Origin: Malacoraja senta
Taxonomy: Eukaryota
Reading direction: 5' to 3'
Length of the DNA stretch: 64,000 nt
Assembly (NCBI GenBank): GCA_038087875.1
Contig: CM075995.1
Coordinates: 7,132,001 to 7,196,000 of the forward strand
Positions 47,435-59,662 of this stretch are shown piece by piece (within the stretch, counting starts at the first letter, position 1; each line of letters opens with the position of its first letter). The notes beneath the pieces were generated by a model. That model did no database searches. It was not told where the DNA came from and saw only the letters and a program-made list of their open reading frames with translations. The translations under genes and the position numbers were made by a program.

Positions 47435-48507
47435 TCCCTCAGTCATTACCTGTCCATGTGCGGGTCGGGGCTGCTCAATCTGTCCAGCACCTCATTGACA
47501 TCACGGGGTGAGTGTTCTGCTCCCCCCTTCCTCCCCCTCCCCTGTCAGGATTACACTCTAACTCCCCCCCCCCACTACTCACTCTCTCTCCCCCTCCCTC
47601 TCTCCCCTCTCTCTCTCCCCTCTCACAGTGAGAGGATCGGTTGCTGCGCCCGTGGACCTGATGCGGCCGCGAAAGGGTCCAATTGATGATTTCCCTGCCT
47701 CCCCCTGAGTTACTCCAGCTGGTTATCAGTGTTTGTGTCTATCTTCAGGTACATGGATAGGACAGGTTTGGAGGGATATGGGCCAAATGCAGGCAGGTGG
47801 GACTAGTGTGGATGGGACATGTTGGCCAAGTTAGGCCAAAGGGCCTATTTCCACATTGTATTCACTCTAACTTGTAGTAATTACATTGACGTCTGTTTGC
47901 CAATCATAACAATTCAGAAGATACATCAGGAAGTGACTCTTCCCTGTATCACTTCCATCTTAACAGCATCGTTCCCATAGCAGAGTGACCAAAAGCTGTC
48001 CGAACTATGGCCTCACCAGCTCCACCTACAGCTGTAACATGACCTCCCAACTTTAATATCCTGATTGCTGAAGGCCAATGTGCCAAAAGCCTTCTTGACC
48101 ACCTTATCCACCTTAACTCCCCCAACATCCGGAACATTTTTCCTGCATCTAGCCCTCTCTAATCCCTCAAGAATCTTACAGAAACATATAAAATTCCTAA
48201 GGGATTGGACAGACTAGATGCAAGAAAAATGTTCCCGATGTTGGGGGAGTCCAGAACCAGGGCTCACAGTTTAAGAAAAAGTGGTAGGCCATTTAGGACT
48301 GAGATGAGGAAAAACATTTTCACCCAGAGAGTTGTGAATCTGTGGAATTCACACATAGGGTGGCGGGTGTCTGGAACAAGCTGCCAGAGGAGGTAGTTGA
48401 GGCTGGGATTATCCCATTGTTTAAGAAACGGTTAGACAGGTACATGGGTACACAAAAATGCCGGAGAAACTCAGCGGGTGCAGCAGCATTTATGGAGCGA
48501 AGGAAAT

Positions 48508-48543
48508 AGGCAACGTTTCGGGCCGAAACCCTTCTTCAGACCT
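48508..48543 (-). ncRNA. Predicted minimal type I hammerhead ribozyme, representative of many copies
   Basis: AGGU CUGAAGA A GGGU-UUCG-GCCC GAAA CG UU GCCU. Confidence 0.7.
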
Positions 48544-48854
48544 GGGGAGATAGACAGGTACATGGATTGGACAAGTTTGGAGGGATATGGACCAAGCGCA
48601 GACAGGTGGGACTAGTGTAGCTGGGACATGTTGACCGGTGTGGGGCAAGTTGTGCCGAAGGGCCTGTTTCCACACTGTATCACTCTATGATTCTAGAGTT
48701 AGATTTAGCTCTTGGGGCTAATGAATCAAGGGATATGGGGAGAAAGCAGGAACGGGGTACTGATTTTGGTTGATCACCCATGATCATATTGAATGGCGGT
48801 GCTGGCTCGAAGGGCCGAATGGCCTGCTTACTCCTGCACCTATTTTCCACGTTT

Positions 48855-49300
48855 CGGCGATGAACGCTTGCTGCATGCGCCTTTAAGAGAAGTGGCGCGC
48901 AGAGTGCATGCTCTTCCTTTGCTCAGCTGCTTGATGTGAAATCTAGCGGATCGCGTCTTTGAAGGACGTACTAGAAGAGAGAGAGAGAGAGGCTTTATAT
49001 ACTGAAGCAGAGAGAGTCGGAAAGACCTGCAAACCCTCTAGATCGGCGGTGGCGGTGCCGGTGCCGCGTGTTCGGGTCAGTCTTTGGATTTTTTTCTTCC
49101 TCAGTCAGTCAGTCAGTCAGTCCGTCCGGGCGGGCGGCGGGGGCGGGCGGGTCTATGCTTTGTTTTCAGGCATCCTGTGAGTGTGAGTTGTGCGCTCCTG
49201 GCGATTGTAATATCCCGGGTTAGGTTGCCACCTTCGCAGCGACGGGAGGTTGTGCGTGGCCGCGTGTCTCGGCGTTCCAACATGAATGAATGGATGATGT
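48855..49300 (+). promoter_or_regulatory. CpG-rich promoter with a candidate non-coding first exon ~48913-49075 (duplicated at ~56880-57290)
   Basis: NRF1-like TGCATGCGC 48872-80, TTTAAGA ~31 bp before pyrimidine tract CTCTTCCTTT, donor-like CGG|gtcagt at 49076, GC boxes. Confidence 0.55.
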
Positions 49301-51223
49301 CTCCGTGTTCCAATATGGAACGTCCGGGGAGCTTGGCTGGATGGCAGGGCGATGTCTCGGCGTTCCAATATGGAATGTCCCGGGTCAGGGTATCGCCGCC
49401 GCCGCCGCCGCTGGGATGGAACGTCCGTGTAGCAATGTGGCGGTGTCTACTGTCTCGGCGTTCCAGTGTGGAATGTCTAGGGGGTTTGATTTGGAACGTT
49501 ATGTAGCAACGTGGCGATGATGTGTGTCGGTGTTACAATGTGTCGGTGTTTACATGTTCCCCCGGGTACCGGTGCAAATCCGGGCCTGCTTTATCACACA
49601 CACACACATATGCAACCACCCCCGTTATATACAAGATCCCTTCATTTAAGAAGTCTGAAGAAGGGTCCCGACCCGAAACGTCACCCATTCCTTCTCTCCA
49701 GAGATGCTTGCTGCCAGACCCGCTGAGTTACTCCCAGCTTTTTTGTGTCTATCTTCCCTTCATTTAAAACGCGGCTCTCTTCTCATTCATTGTGCCTCTC
49801 CGTTCCACCCGGAATAGGATTAAAATAACATCTGCGCACGTGTTTTTTTAAAATCTCATTACTTAAAGTAAAGGGCTATTGGAATATAGTGTACATTCTC
49901 CCTCACTTGAGTTTATTCCAGGCTCGCGTTGCATTTGGAAAGTAAATGGAAAGTCTTATTTCCAATGCTGGGCAGCAGAGTAGAAGTCCAAGTCAGGTCA
50001 AGTCAGGTCACATTTATTTACATAGCACATTTAAAAAACAACTCTCGTTGGCCAAAGTGCTTTACATTTGTTATAAGAATAGCACAAAACAAAACAAACG
50101 ACCTACATATATACATGTAGCCCTCACTCAGAGGACTTCAGGAAAGGCGTCCACGCACCGTTTCTCTTGCATTAGGGTCCATCCGCTGAGTTCGACGTGC
50201 GCGTCCCCTTTTTCACTTCCATATTCGACGCGAAAGGGCGGCGTGTATGTTTCGCAGCGCGTTGCTGATCCTCAGAAGGGTTTATCTTTTCGCACAGAAA
50301 CAGCGCCTCGTCCATGCAACGCCGCTGAGTGAGTGAGTGTTCGGGGAAACGCGGATGGTCTTTTTTTTTAAATATTTTACAGTGGAAACAAACGGACCCT
50401 CTCGAGAGAAGAGGAGGGAATTTAACAAGCAACCGGAGGTAATCCAGGCGACGTTTAAAAACCGATCGCCTTCTTTTTTTTAATTTGCTTCGCAGGCTTG
50501 TCCACAAGATCGAACAAAAAAAAAATGCAGAGGAGATTAGTTGATAGACAGACACAAACGGCTGGAGTGACTCAGCGGGACAGGCAGCATCTCTGGAGAG
50601 AAAGAACGGGCGAAGTTTCGGTCGAGACCCTTCTTCAGACTTTAGTGGGCCGAAGAAGGGTCTCGACCCGAAAACGTCTTCTATTCCTTCTCTCCAGAGA
50701 TGCTGCCTGACCCGTTGAGTTACTCCAGCGTTTTGTATCTATCTTTTGTGTAAACCAGCATCTGCAGTTCCTTCTTACAGATACGAGCTGAAATCCTTGC
50801 CCTCTATTCATCTTACATAAGTGATAGGAGCAGAATTAGGCCATTCGGCCCATCAAGTCTACTCCACCATTCAATCATGGCTGATCTATCTCTCCGTCCT
50901 AACCCCATTCTCCTGCCTTCTCCCCATAACCCCTGACCCCCGACCCCTGACATGGTAGAAAACAGGAAACCAATATCATATGAGTTTGGAATTGTTCCAG
51001 TGTTATAGTTTAAAGTATTGTGGTGATTTCAGTCTTTTTATTGTGAAATATTTAGATATACGATGGAAGATCTAAAAAGATAAATTGGGGGCAGTGTGGG
51101 ATTGCGGGCCGTAAAACAATCAAGGATCATTTTGTAAATGCATTTGTTTGTGTGATTACTAAAATGCTCTGTTTCCCACAACATCGTGAGCAAAATGTCT
51201 TTTCAGGTGAAAAGCGGTTGTCT

Positions 51224-51423
51224 NNNNNNNNNNNNNNNNNNNNNNNNNNNNNNNNNNNNNNNNNNNNNNNNNNNNNNNNNNNNNNNNNNNNNNNNNNNNN
51301 NNNNNNNNNNNNNNNNNNNNNNNNNNNNNNNNNNNNNNNNNNNNNNNNNNNNNNNNNNNNNNNNNNNNNNNNNNNNNNNNNNNNNNNNNNNNNNNNNNNN
51401 NNNNNNNNNNNNNNNNNNNNNNN
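51224..51423. other. Assembly gap (200 N)
   Basis: Run of N. Confidence 1.
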
Positions 51424-54083
51424 GTTCCCTACGTGAGATTGTAGGCGTTGACGGCGTTAGAAGTAGCTTTTTATTTTACTCCTGGGATTAAATTGTTCCG
51501 CGATTTAAAAAAAAAAATTCCGAGAACGGAAGTCGGAACGATTTTTCTGCAGCAGCTTAACAGCCTGAGGAAATTCGACTCCGACAGGCAGGAGAAAACA
51601 GCATTTTAATCCCCCACCAAAGGCGCCAAAGTCGCGCACACGGCCAGTGGCAGAATTGCAGCACCGCTGAAGGTAAGTATTGTAACATTGCTAGGTAGGG
51701 TTGCCAACTGTCCCGTATTAGCCGGGACATCCCGTATTTCGGGCTAAATTGGTTTGTCCCGTACGGGACCGCCCTTGTCCCATATTTGACCGCTACTGCT
51801 CTGGTCGAGGGGACTGTCGGGTCGGAGCGCCGGGTCCGGCCCCGCCTCACCCGTCCCGACGTGGTGCAGCCCATGGAGTGCAGCAGCAGCAGCAGCAGCG
51901 TCTCGCCCGTAGCCCCGTCGGTCGGCAGCCCGGCCAGCTTAGTTTTCTGATGTAGATAGAAAATGCTGGAGAAACTCAGCGGGTGAGGCAGTATCGATGG
52001 AGAAAAGTAGGCGATGTTTCAGGTCGAGACCCTTCTTCAGACTGATGTTGGGGGGGGGGGGAGACCCAGGTTCGATCCTGACTACGGGTGCTGTCTGTAC
52101 GGAGTTTGTACCTTCTCCCCGTGACCTGCGTGGGTTTTCTCCGAGATCTTCGGCTTCCTCCCACATTCCAAAGACCTACAGGTTTGTAGGTTAATTGGCT
52201 TGGTAAATGTAAACATTATCCCCAGTGGGTGTAGGACAGTGTTAGTGTGCGGGGATCGCTGGTCGGCCCGGACACGGTGGGCCGAAGGGCCTGTTTCTGC
52301 GCTGTATCTCTAATCTAAACTAAACTAATCTGCCTGTACATGATCCTTATCCTTTTTTTTTCAAAAGGAGGAACCTTTAAGATACCTCAGTAGTGGTTAC
52401 ACGGTCAATGAAATGATAGATAAGTTTAATGTCAGCAATTCCTTCACTACGATCATCGTCCAGTTAGTAAATCTGATTGAGTGAGAAATCATGTGAAATT
52501 AATTAAATGGGAGGCGCCCTTGTCCCATATTTGACCGCTACTGCTCGGGTCGAGGGGACTGTCGGGTCGGTAGAATTGGTGCGTGACAGCGCCGGGGACC
52601 CGGGTTCGATCCTGACCCCGGGTGCTGTCTGTACGGAGTTTGTACGTTCTCCCCGTGACCAGGTGGGTGCTCCAGTTTCCTCCCACATTGCAAAGACATG
52701 TAGGTTTGAAGGTCAATTAGCTTCTGTAAACTTATCCTTAAATGTGTAGGATAGAGTGGGTGTACGGGGTGACCACTAGTCGGCGCGGACTGGGCGGGAC
52801 GAAGGGCCTGTTTCCGCACTGCATCTACAAACTAAACCAAACTCGTTCCAAACCCGCCCATATTAAATGAGTGTTGCAGCTAGTTAATATAATGCCATTA
52901 ATGTAGATTGTCGAGTGCGGTTTAGTTTATTGTCACGTGTACCGAGGTACAGTGAAAAGCTTTTGTCGCGCGCAAACAAGTCAGCGGAAAGACAATGCAC
53001 GATTACAACCGAGCCATTCACAGTGTATAGATACATGCTACGGGAATTACGTTTAATGCAAGATCAAGCCAGCAAAGTCCGATCAAAGATAGTCCGAGGG
53101 GCTCCAAGGTGGTAGGTAGTAGTTCAGTAGAGAGAGGTTTAGTTTAGTTTAGTTTATACAGGGCGGAAACAGGCCCTTTGGCCCACCGCGTCCGCGCCGA
53201 CCAGCGATCCCCGCACACTAACACTATCTGACACACACCAGGGACCATTTTTACATTTACCAAGCAATTAATCTACAAAAGCTGTACTTCTTTGGAGTGT
53301 GGGAGGAAACGGAAGATCTCGGAGCAAACCCACGCAGGTCACGGGGAGAACGTACAAACTCCGTGCAGACAGCGCCCGTAGTCAGGATCGAACACGGGTC
53401 TCCGGCGCTGCACTCGTTGTAAAGCAGCAACTCTACCACTGCGCCACCGTGACCACCAGGTTCAGGAAGCTTTAAAGATAGTGGAGCCATGGGATATGGG
53501 GAGAAGGCAGGAACGGCGTACTGATTGGGGATGATCAGCCATGATCACATTGAATGGCTGTGCTGGCTCGAAGGGCCGAATGGCCTACTCCTGCACCTAT
53601 TGTCTATTGAAGCAATAAAATATTTTCAGAAATTTGAAACAAGTGAGGTAAAAATGTCAGAGTATGACTTAATTGTTTTTCTTTCCTGATGCTTAAAATG
53701 GAGTTGTATTTTTGAAGTGCCAAGCCAAATATTAGCTACAGTGGAAGAATGATTCCATCTCATTCAGAATGCAATGGTGTTTCGGGCACCACATAAATAA
53801 GGCAGACAGAAGCTTCATTGTAGGGGGGGGGGAACGCTCCTGACGTTTTCCGTCGGATGGCTGGTGGGTTAATTGGGCCACAGTAAATAGTCTCTGATGA
53901 GCAACTGGGTAGTGGCGGCATCAGGAAATAGTTGTGTGTGTGTGGGAAGGAACTGCAGATGCTGGTTTACACTGAAGATAGACACAAAATGCTGGAGTAA
54001 CTCAGGCGGCATCTCTGGAGAGATGGAAGGGGGTGACGTTTTCGGGTCGAGGCCTTACTTCAGAGCTGAAACGTTACCCACTC

Positions 54084-54133
<50 letters not shown>

Positions 54134-57100
54134 GAGAGAGAGAGAGAGAGAGAGCGAGATGCTGCCTGCCCAAGTTGAATTACTCCAGCATATTGTGTCT
54201 TTGGTGTAAACCGGCATCTGCAGTTCCTGTCTGAAGAAGGGTCTTGACTCGAAACGTTACCCATTCCTTCTCTCCAGAGACGCTGCCCGTCCCGCTGAGT
54301 TACTCCACGCGCACAGTTTAGAGGGAACATTGCCCGTGACCCGCGTGGGTTTTCTCCGGGTGCTCCAGTTTCCTCCCACACTCCAAAGACGTACATGCTT
54401 GGAGGCTAATTGAGTCTGAAAAAGGGCCTCGACCCAAAACGTAACCCAATCCTTCTCTCCAGAGAGGCTGCCTGTCCCGCTGAGTTACTCCAGCATTTTG
54501 TGTCTATCTTCGGTGGAAACCAGTGTCTGCAGTTCCTTCCCACACATATAAAGGTCTGTTGGCTGGCGTGGATCTCTGCTGGCGTTAGATGTCAGTGCTA
54601 CTCCAGCAGGAGCTGAGCAGGAGACAGCAGACAGAGGCACCGCACCCTCCATCAACTAACGTGGCGATCTGCAAAACACTTTGACCTCACATTCTGGTAG
54701 AGTTGCTGCCTCACAGCGCCAGAGACCCGGGATCGATCCTGACCAAAGTTCCCTCTGATTTGTAGTCGTTCGAGTGCGCAGAAATCTTGTATTGTGCAGT
54801 TTTTTAATGCTGTTACAAATGTGTGTGCGCGCTGAATTCTTATGCAAATAAAAACCTGAAATTGTTTCACGATATTTTTGCCATAGCCTCTCTCTCATGA
54901 CTAATAAAACGGTATTGCCATGTTTTAATATAATACAAATATTGTATTGGTAGAAATATGAATGCAATTTATGAAGTTATGTATTCAGTTAAGATTTTAA
55001 CCTGTCCTTGCATTGTTAAGATTTTATCTTATACCTCATCACCCTCTCTCCCCCCATCTCTCTCTCTCTCTCTCCCTTCCTCTCTCCCCCCTCCCTCTCT
55101 CCCTCTACCCCCTCTCTCTCTCTCCCTTCCTCTCCCCCCCCTCCCTCCCTCTCCCCTCCTCTCTCTCTGTTTCTTTATTTCTTTCATACCCTTCCTTTCC
55201 CCCCCCCCCCCCCCCCCCCAGGGACTAGTTCCCTCAGTCATTAGTGTTAAAGAAGGAACTGCAGATGCTGGAAAATCGAAGGTACACTAAAATGCTGGAG
55301 AAACTCAGCGGGTGCAGCAGCATCTATGGAGCGAAGGAAATAGGCAACGTTTCGGGCCGAAACCCTTCCTCAGTCTGAGGAAGGGTTTCGGCCCGAAACG
55401 TTACCTATTTCCTTCACTCCATAGATGCTGCTGCACCCGCTGAGTTTCTCCAGCATTTTAGTGTACCTCCCTCAGTCATTACCTGTCCATGTGCGGGTCG
55501 GGGCTGCTCAATCTGTCCAGCACCTCATTGACATCACGGGGTGAGTGTTCCTGCTCCCCCCTTCCTCCCCCTCCCCTGTCAGGATTACACTCTAACTCCC
55601 CCCCCCCCACTACTCACTCTCTCTCCCCCTCCCTCTCTCCCCTCTCTCTCTCCCCTCTCACAGTGAGAGGATCGGTTGCTGCGCCCGTGGACCTGATGCG
55701 GCCCGCGAAAGGGTCCAATTGATGATTTCCCTGCCTGTCCCGCTGAGTTACTCCAGCTGTTTGTGTCTATCTTCAGGTACATGGATAGGACAGGTTTGGA
55801 GGGATATGGGCCAAATGCAGGCAGGTGGGACTAGTGTGGATGGGACATGTTGGCCAAGTTAGGCCAAAGGGCCTATTTCCACATTGTATCACTCTAACTT
55901 GTAGTAATTACATTGACGTCTGTTTGCCAATCATAACAATTCAGAAGATACATCAGGAAGTGACTCTTCCCTGTATCACTTCCATCTTAACAGCATCGTT
56001 CCCATAGCAGAGTGACCAAAGCTGTCCGAACTATGGCCTCACCAGCTCCACCTACAGCTGTAACATGACCTCCCAACTTTAATATCCTGATTGCTGAAGG
56101 CCAATGTGCCAAAAGCCTTCTTGACCACCTTATCCACCTTAACTCCCCCAACATCCGGAACATTTTTCCTGCATCTAGCCCTCTCTAATCCCTCAAGAAT
56201 CTTACAGAAACATATAAAATTCCTAAGGGATTGGACAGACTAGATGCAAGAAAAATGTTCCCGATGTTGGGGGAGTCCAGAACCAGGGCTCACAGTTTAA
56301 GAAAAAGTGGTAGGCCATTTAGGACTGAGATGAGGAAAAACATTTTCACCCAGAGAGTTGTGAATCTGTGGAATTCACACATAGGGTGGCGGGTGTCTGG
56401 AACAAGCTGCCAGAGGAGGTAGTTGAGGCTGGGATTATCCCATTGTTTAAGAAACGGTTAGACAGGTACATGGGTACACAAAAATGCCGGAGAAACTCAG
56501 CGGGTGCAGCAGCATTTATGGAGCGAAGGAAATAGGCAACGTTTCGGGCCGAAACCCTTCTTCAGACCTGGGGAGATAGACAGGTACATGGATTGGACAA
56601 GTTTGGAGGGATATGGACCAAGCGCAGACAGGTGGGACTAGTGTAGCTGGGACATGTTGACCGGTGTGGGCAAGTTGTGCCGAAGGGCCTGTTTCCACAC
56701 TGTATCACTCTATGATTCTAGAGTTAGATTTAGCTCTTGGGGCTAATGGAATCAAGGGATATGGGGAGAAAGCAGGAACGGGGTACTGATTTTGGTTGAT
56801 CACCCATGATCATATTGAATGGCGGTGCTGGCTCGAAGGGCCGAATGGCCTGCTTACTCCTGCACCTATTTTCCACGTTTCGGCGATGAACGCTTGCTGC
56901 ATGCGCCTTTAAGAGAAGTGGCGCGCAGAGTGCATGCTCTTCCTTTGCTCAGCTGCTTGATGTGAAATCTAGCGGATCGCGTCTTTGAAGGACGTACTAG
57001 GAAGAGAGAGAGAGAGAGGCTTTATATACTGAAGCAGAGAGAGTCGGAAAGACCTGCAAACCTCTAGATCGGCGGTGGCGGTGCCGGTGCCGCGTGTTCG

Positions 57101-58756
57101 GGTCAGTCTTTGGATTTTTTTCTTCCTCAGTCAGTCAGTCAGTCAGTCCGTCCGGGCGGGCGGCGGGGGCGGGCGGGTCTATGCTTTGTTTTCAGGCATC
57201 CTGTGAGTGTGAGTTGTGCGCTCCTGGCGATTGTAATATCCCGGGTTAGGTTGCCACCTTCGCAGCGACGGGAGGTTGTGCGTGCCGCGTGTCTCGGCGT
57301 TCCAACATGAATGAATGGATGATGTCTCCGTGTTCCAATATGGAACGTCCCGGGGGAGCTTGGCTGGATGGCAGGGCGATGTCTCGGCGTTCCAATATGG
57401 AATGTCCCGGGTCAGGGTATCGCCGCCGCCGCCGCCGCTGGGATGGAACGTCCGTGTAGCAATGTGGCGGTGTCTACTGTCTCGGCGTTCCAGTGTGGAA
57501 TGTCTAGGGGGTTTGATTTGGAACGTTATGTAGCAACGTGGCGATGATGTGTGTCGGTGTTACAATGTGTCGGTGTTTACATGTTCCCCCGGGTACCGGT
57601 GCAAATCCGGGCCTGCTTTATCACACACACACACATATGCAACCACCCCCGTTATATACAAGATCCCTTCATTTAAGAAGTCTGAAGAAGGGTCCCGACC
57701 CGAAACGTCACCCATTCCTTCTCTCCAGAGATGCTTGCTGCCAGACCCGCTGAGTTACTCCCAGCTTTTTTGTGTCTATCTTCCCTTCATTTAAAACGCG
57801 GCTCTCTTCTCATTCATTGTGCCTCTCCGTTCCACCCGGAATAGGATTAAAATAACATCTGCGCACGTGTTTTTTTAAAATCTCATTACTTAAAGTAAAG
57901 GGCTATTGGAATATAGTGTACATTCTCCCTCACTTGAGTTTATTCCAGGCTCGCGTTGCATTTGGAAAGTAAATGGAAAGTCTTATTTCCAATGCTGGGC
58001 AGCAGAGTAGAAGTCCAAGTCAGGTCAAGTCAGGTCACATTTATTTACATAGCACATTTAAAAAACAACTCTCGTTGGCCAAAGTGCTTTACATTTGTTA
58101 TAAGAATAGCACAAAACAAAACAAACGACCTACATATATACATGTAGCCCTCACTCAGAGGACTTCAGGAAAGGCGTCCACGCACCGTTTCTCTTGCATT
58201 AGGGTCCATCCGCTGAGTTCGACGTGCGCGTCCCCTTTTTCACTTCCATATTCGACGCGAAAGGGCGGCGTGTATGTTTCGCAGCGCGTTGCTGATCCTC
58301 AGAAGGGTTTATCTTTTCGCACAGAAACAGCGCCTCGTCCATGCAACGCCGCTGAGTGAGTGAGTGTTCGGGGAAACGCGGATGGTCTTTTTTTTTAAAT
58401 ATTTTACAGTGGAAACAAACGGACCCTCTCGAGAGAAGAGGAGGGAATTTAACAAGCAACCGGAGGTAATCCAGGCGACGTTTAAAAACCGATCGCCTTC
58501 TTTTTTTTAATTTGCTTCGCAGGCTTGTCCACAAGATCGAACAAAAAAAAAATGCAGAGGAGATTAGTTGATAGACAGACACAAACGGCTGGAGTGACTC
58601 AGCGGGACAGGCAGCATCTCTGGAGAGAAAGAACGGGCGAAGTTTCGGGTCGAGACCCTTCTTCAGACTTTAGTGGGCCGAAGAAGGGTCTCGACCCGAA
58701 ACGTCTTCTATTCCTTCTCTCCAGAGATGCTGCCTGACCCGTTGAGTTACTCCAGC
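51424..58756 (+). repeat. Copy 2 of the ~7.35-kb duplication
   Basis: Starts exactly at the gap edge with gttccctacgtgagattg, as at 43380. Confidence 0.95.
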
Positions 58757-58984
58757 ATTTTGTGTCTATCTTCGATGTAAACTTGCATCGGTAGTTCCTT
58801 CCTACACTGTACTGTTTGCTCTATGTTCTGTTAATTTCATGACCTTATTTGAGTTGACCGCTCCCGCTTCTTGAAATTCTTTGCCCGCCTTTTTCGCTTT
58901 GGTTTTCGAGAGTGACGAATATCAAACCACATTGATGATGTAGACTTCCTAGTTCCACACGTGTTAAGATGTTAACACGTGGAG

Positions 58985-59581
58985 TGCGATACAGCGTGGA
59001 AACAGGCCCTTCGGCCCAACCTGCCCACACTGACCAGCATGCCCCATCTACACTAGTCCCACCTGTCTGCGTTTGGCCCATATCCATCCAAACCTGTGCT
59101 ATCCATGTACCTGTCTAACTGTTTCTTAAGCGCTATGATAGTCCCAACCTCAACTACCTCCTCCGACAGCTCGTTCCATACACCCACCACCCTTTGTGTG
59201 AAAAAGATATCCCTCAAGATCCTATTAAATCACCCCCCCCCCCCCCCACATCACCTTATACCTATATCCACTGGTACTCGATTCCCCTACTCAGGACAAG
59301 AGACTCTGTGCGTCTACCCAATCTATTCCACTCATGATTTTATACACCTCTATAAGATCACCCCTCATCCTCCTGCAAGGAATAGTGCTAGCCTACTCAA
59401 CCTCTCCCTATAGCTCACACCCTCTAGACCTGGCAACATCCTCGTAAATCTTCTTTGTACCCTTTCCAGTTTGAGAACATCTTTCCGAAAACACGGTGCC
59501 CAGAACTGAACACAATACTTTAAATACGGCCTCGCCAACGCCTTATACAACTGCGACATGACCTCCCGACTTCTATACTCA
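58985..59581 (-). pseudogene. CR1 ORF2 3' fragment
   Basis: QLYKALARPYLKYCVQFWAP..LERVQRRFTRMLPGLEG. Confidence 0.88.
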
Positions 59582-59662
59582 AACTCCCTCCCCTATACAC
59601 TGTTGGGACTGCCTTCACCAGAAGGATGAGTAATGAATGCTGGTTTTGCTGACAGCACCCAG

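Larger units (their letters stand above)
43380..50729 (+). repeat. Copy 1 of a ~7.35-kb near-identical direct duplication
   Basis: Colinear with 51424-58756; differences seen are mostly small indels. Confidence 0.95.

Noticed and set aside
47440..47690. Small intron (gtgagt..cacag) or minus-strand exon encoding ..RDVNEVLDRLSSPDPH
   Set aside because: Signals flank a low-complexity CT tract and the frames differ between the duplicate copies; no coherent model.
58930..59660. Box C/D snoRNA candidates (tgatga at ~58933; ctga at ~59649) and the hairpin acgtgttaa/ttaacacgt
   Set aside because: No correctly spaced C and D boxes with a terminal stem; the short hairpin is compatible with chance.
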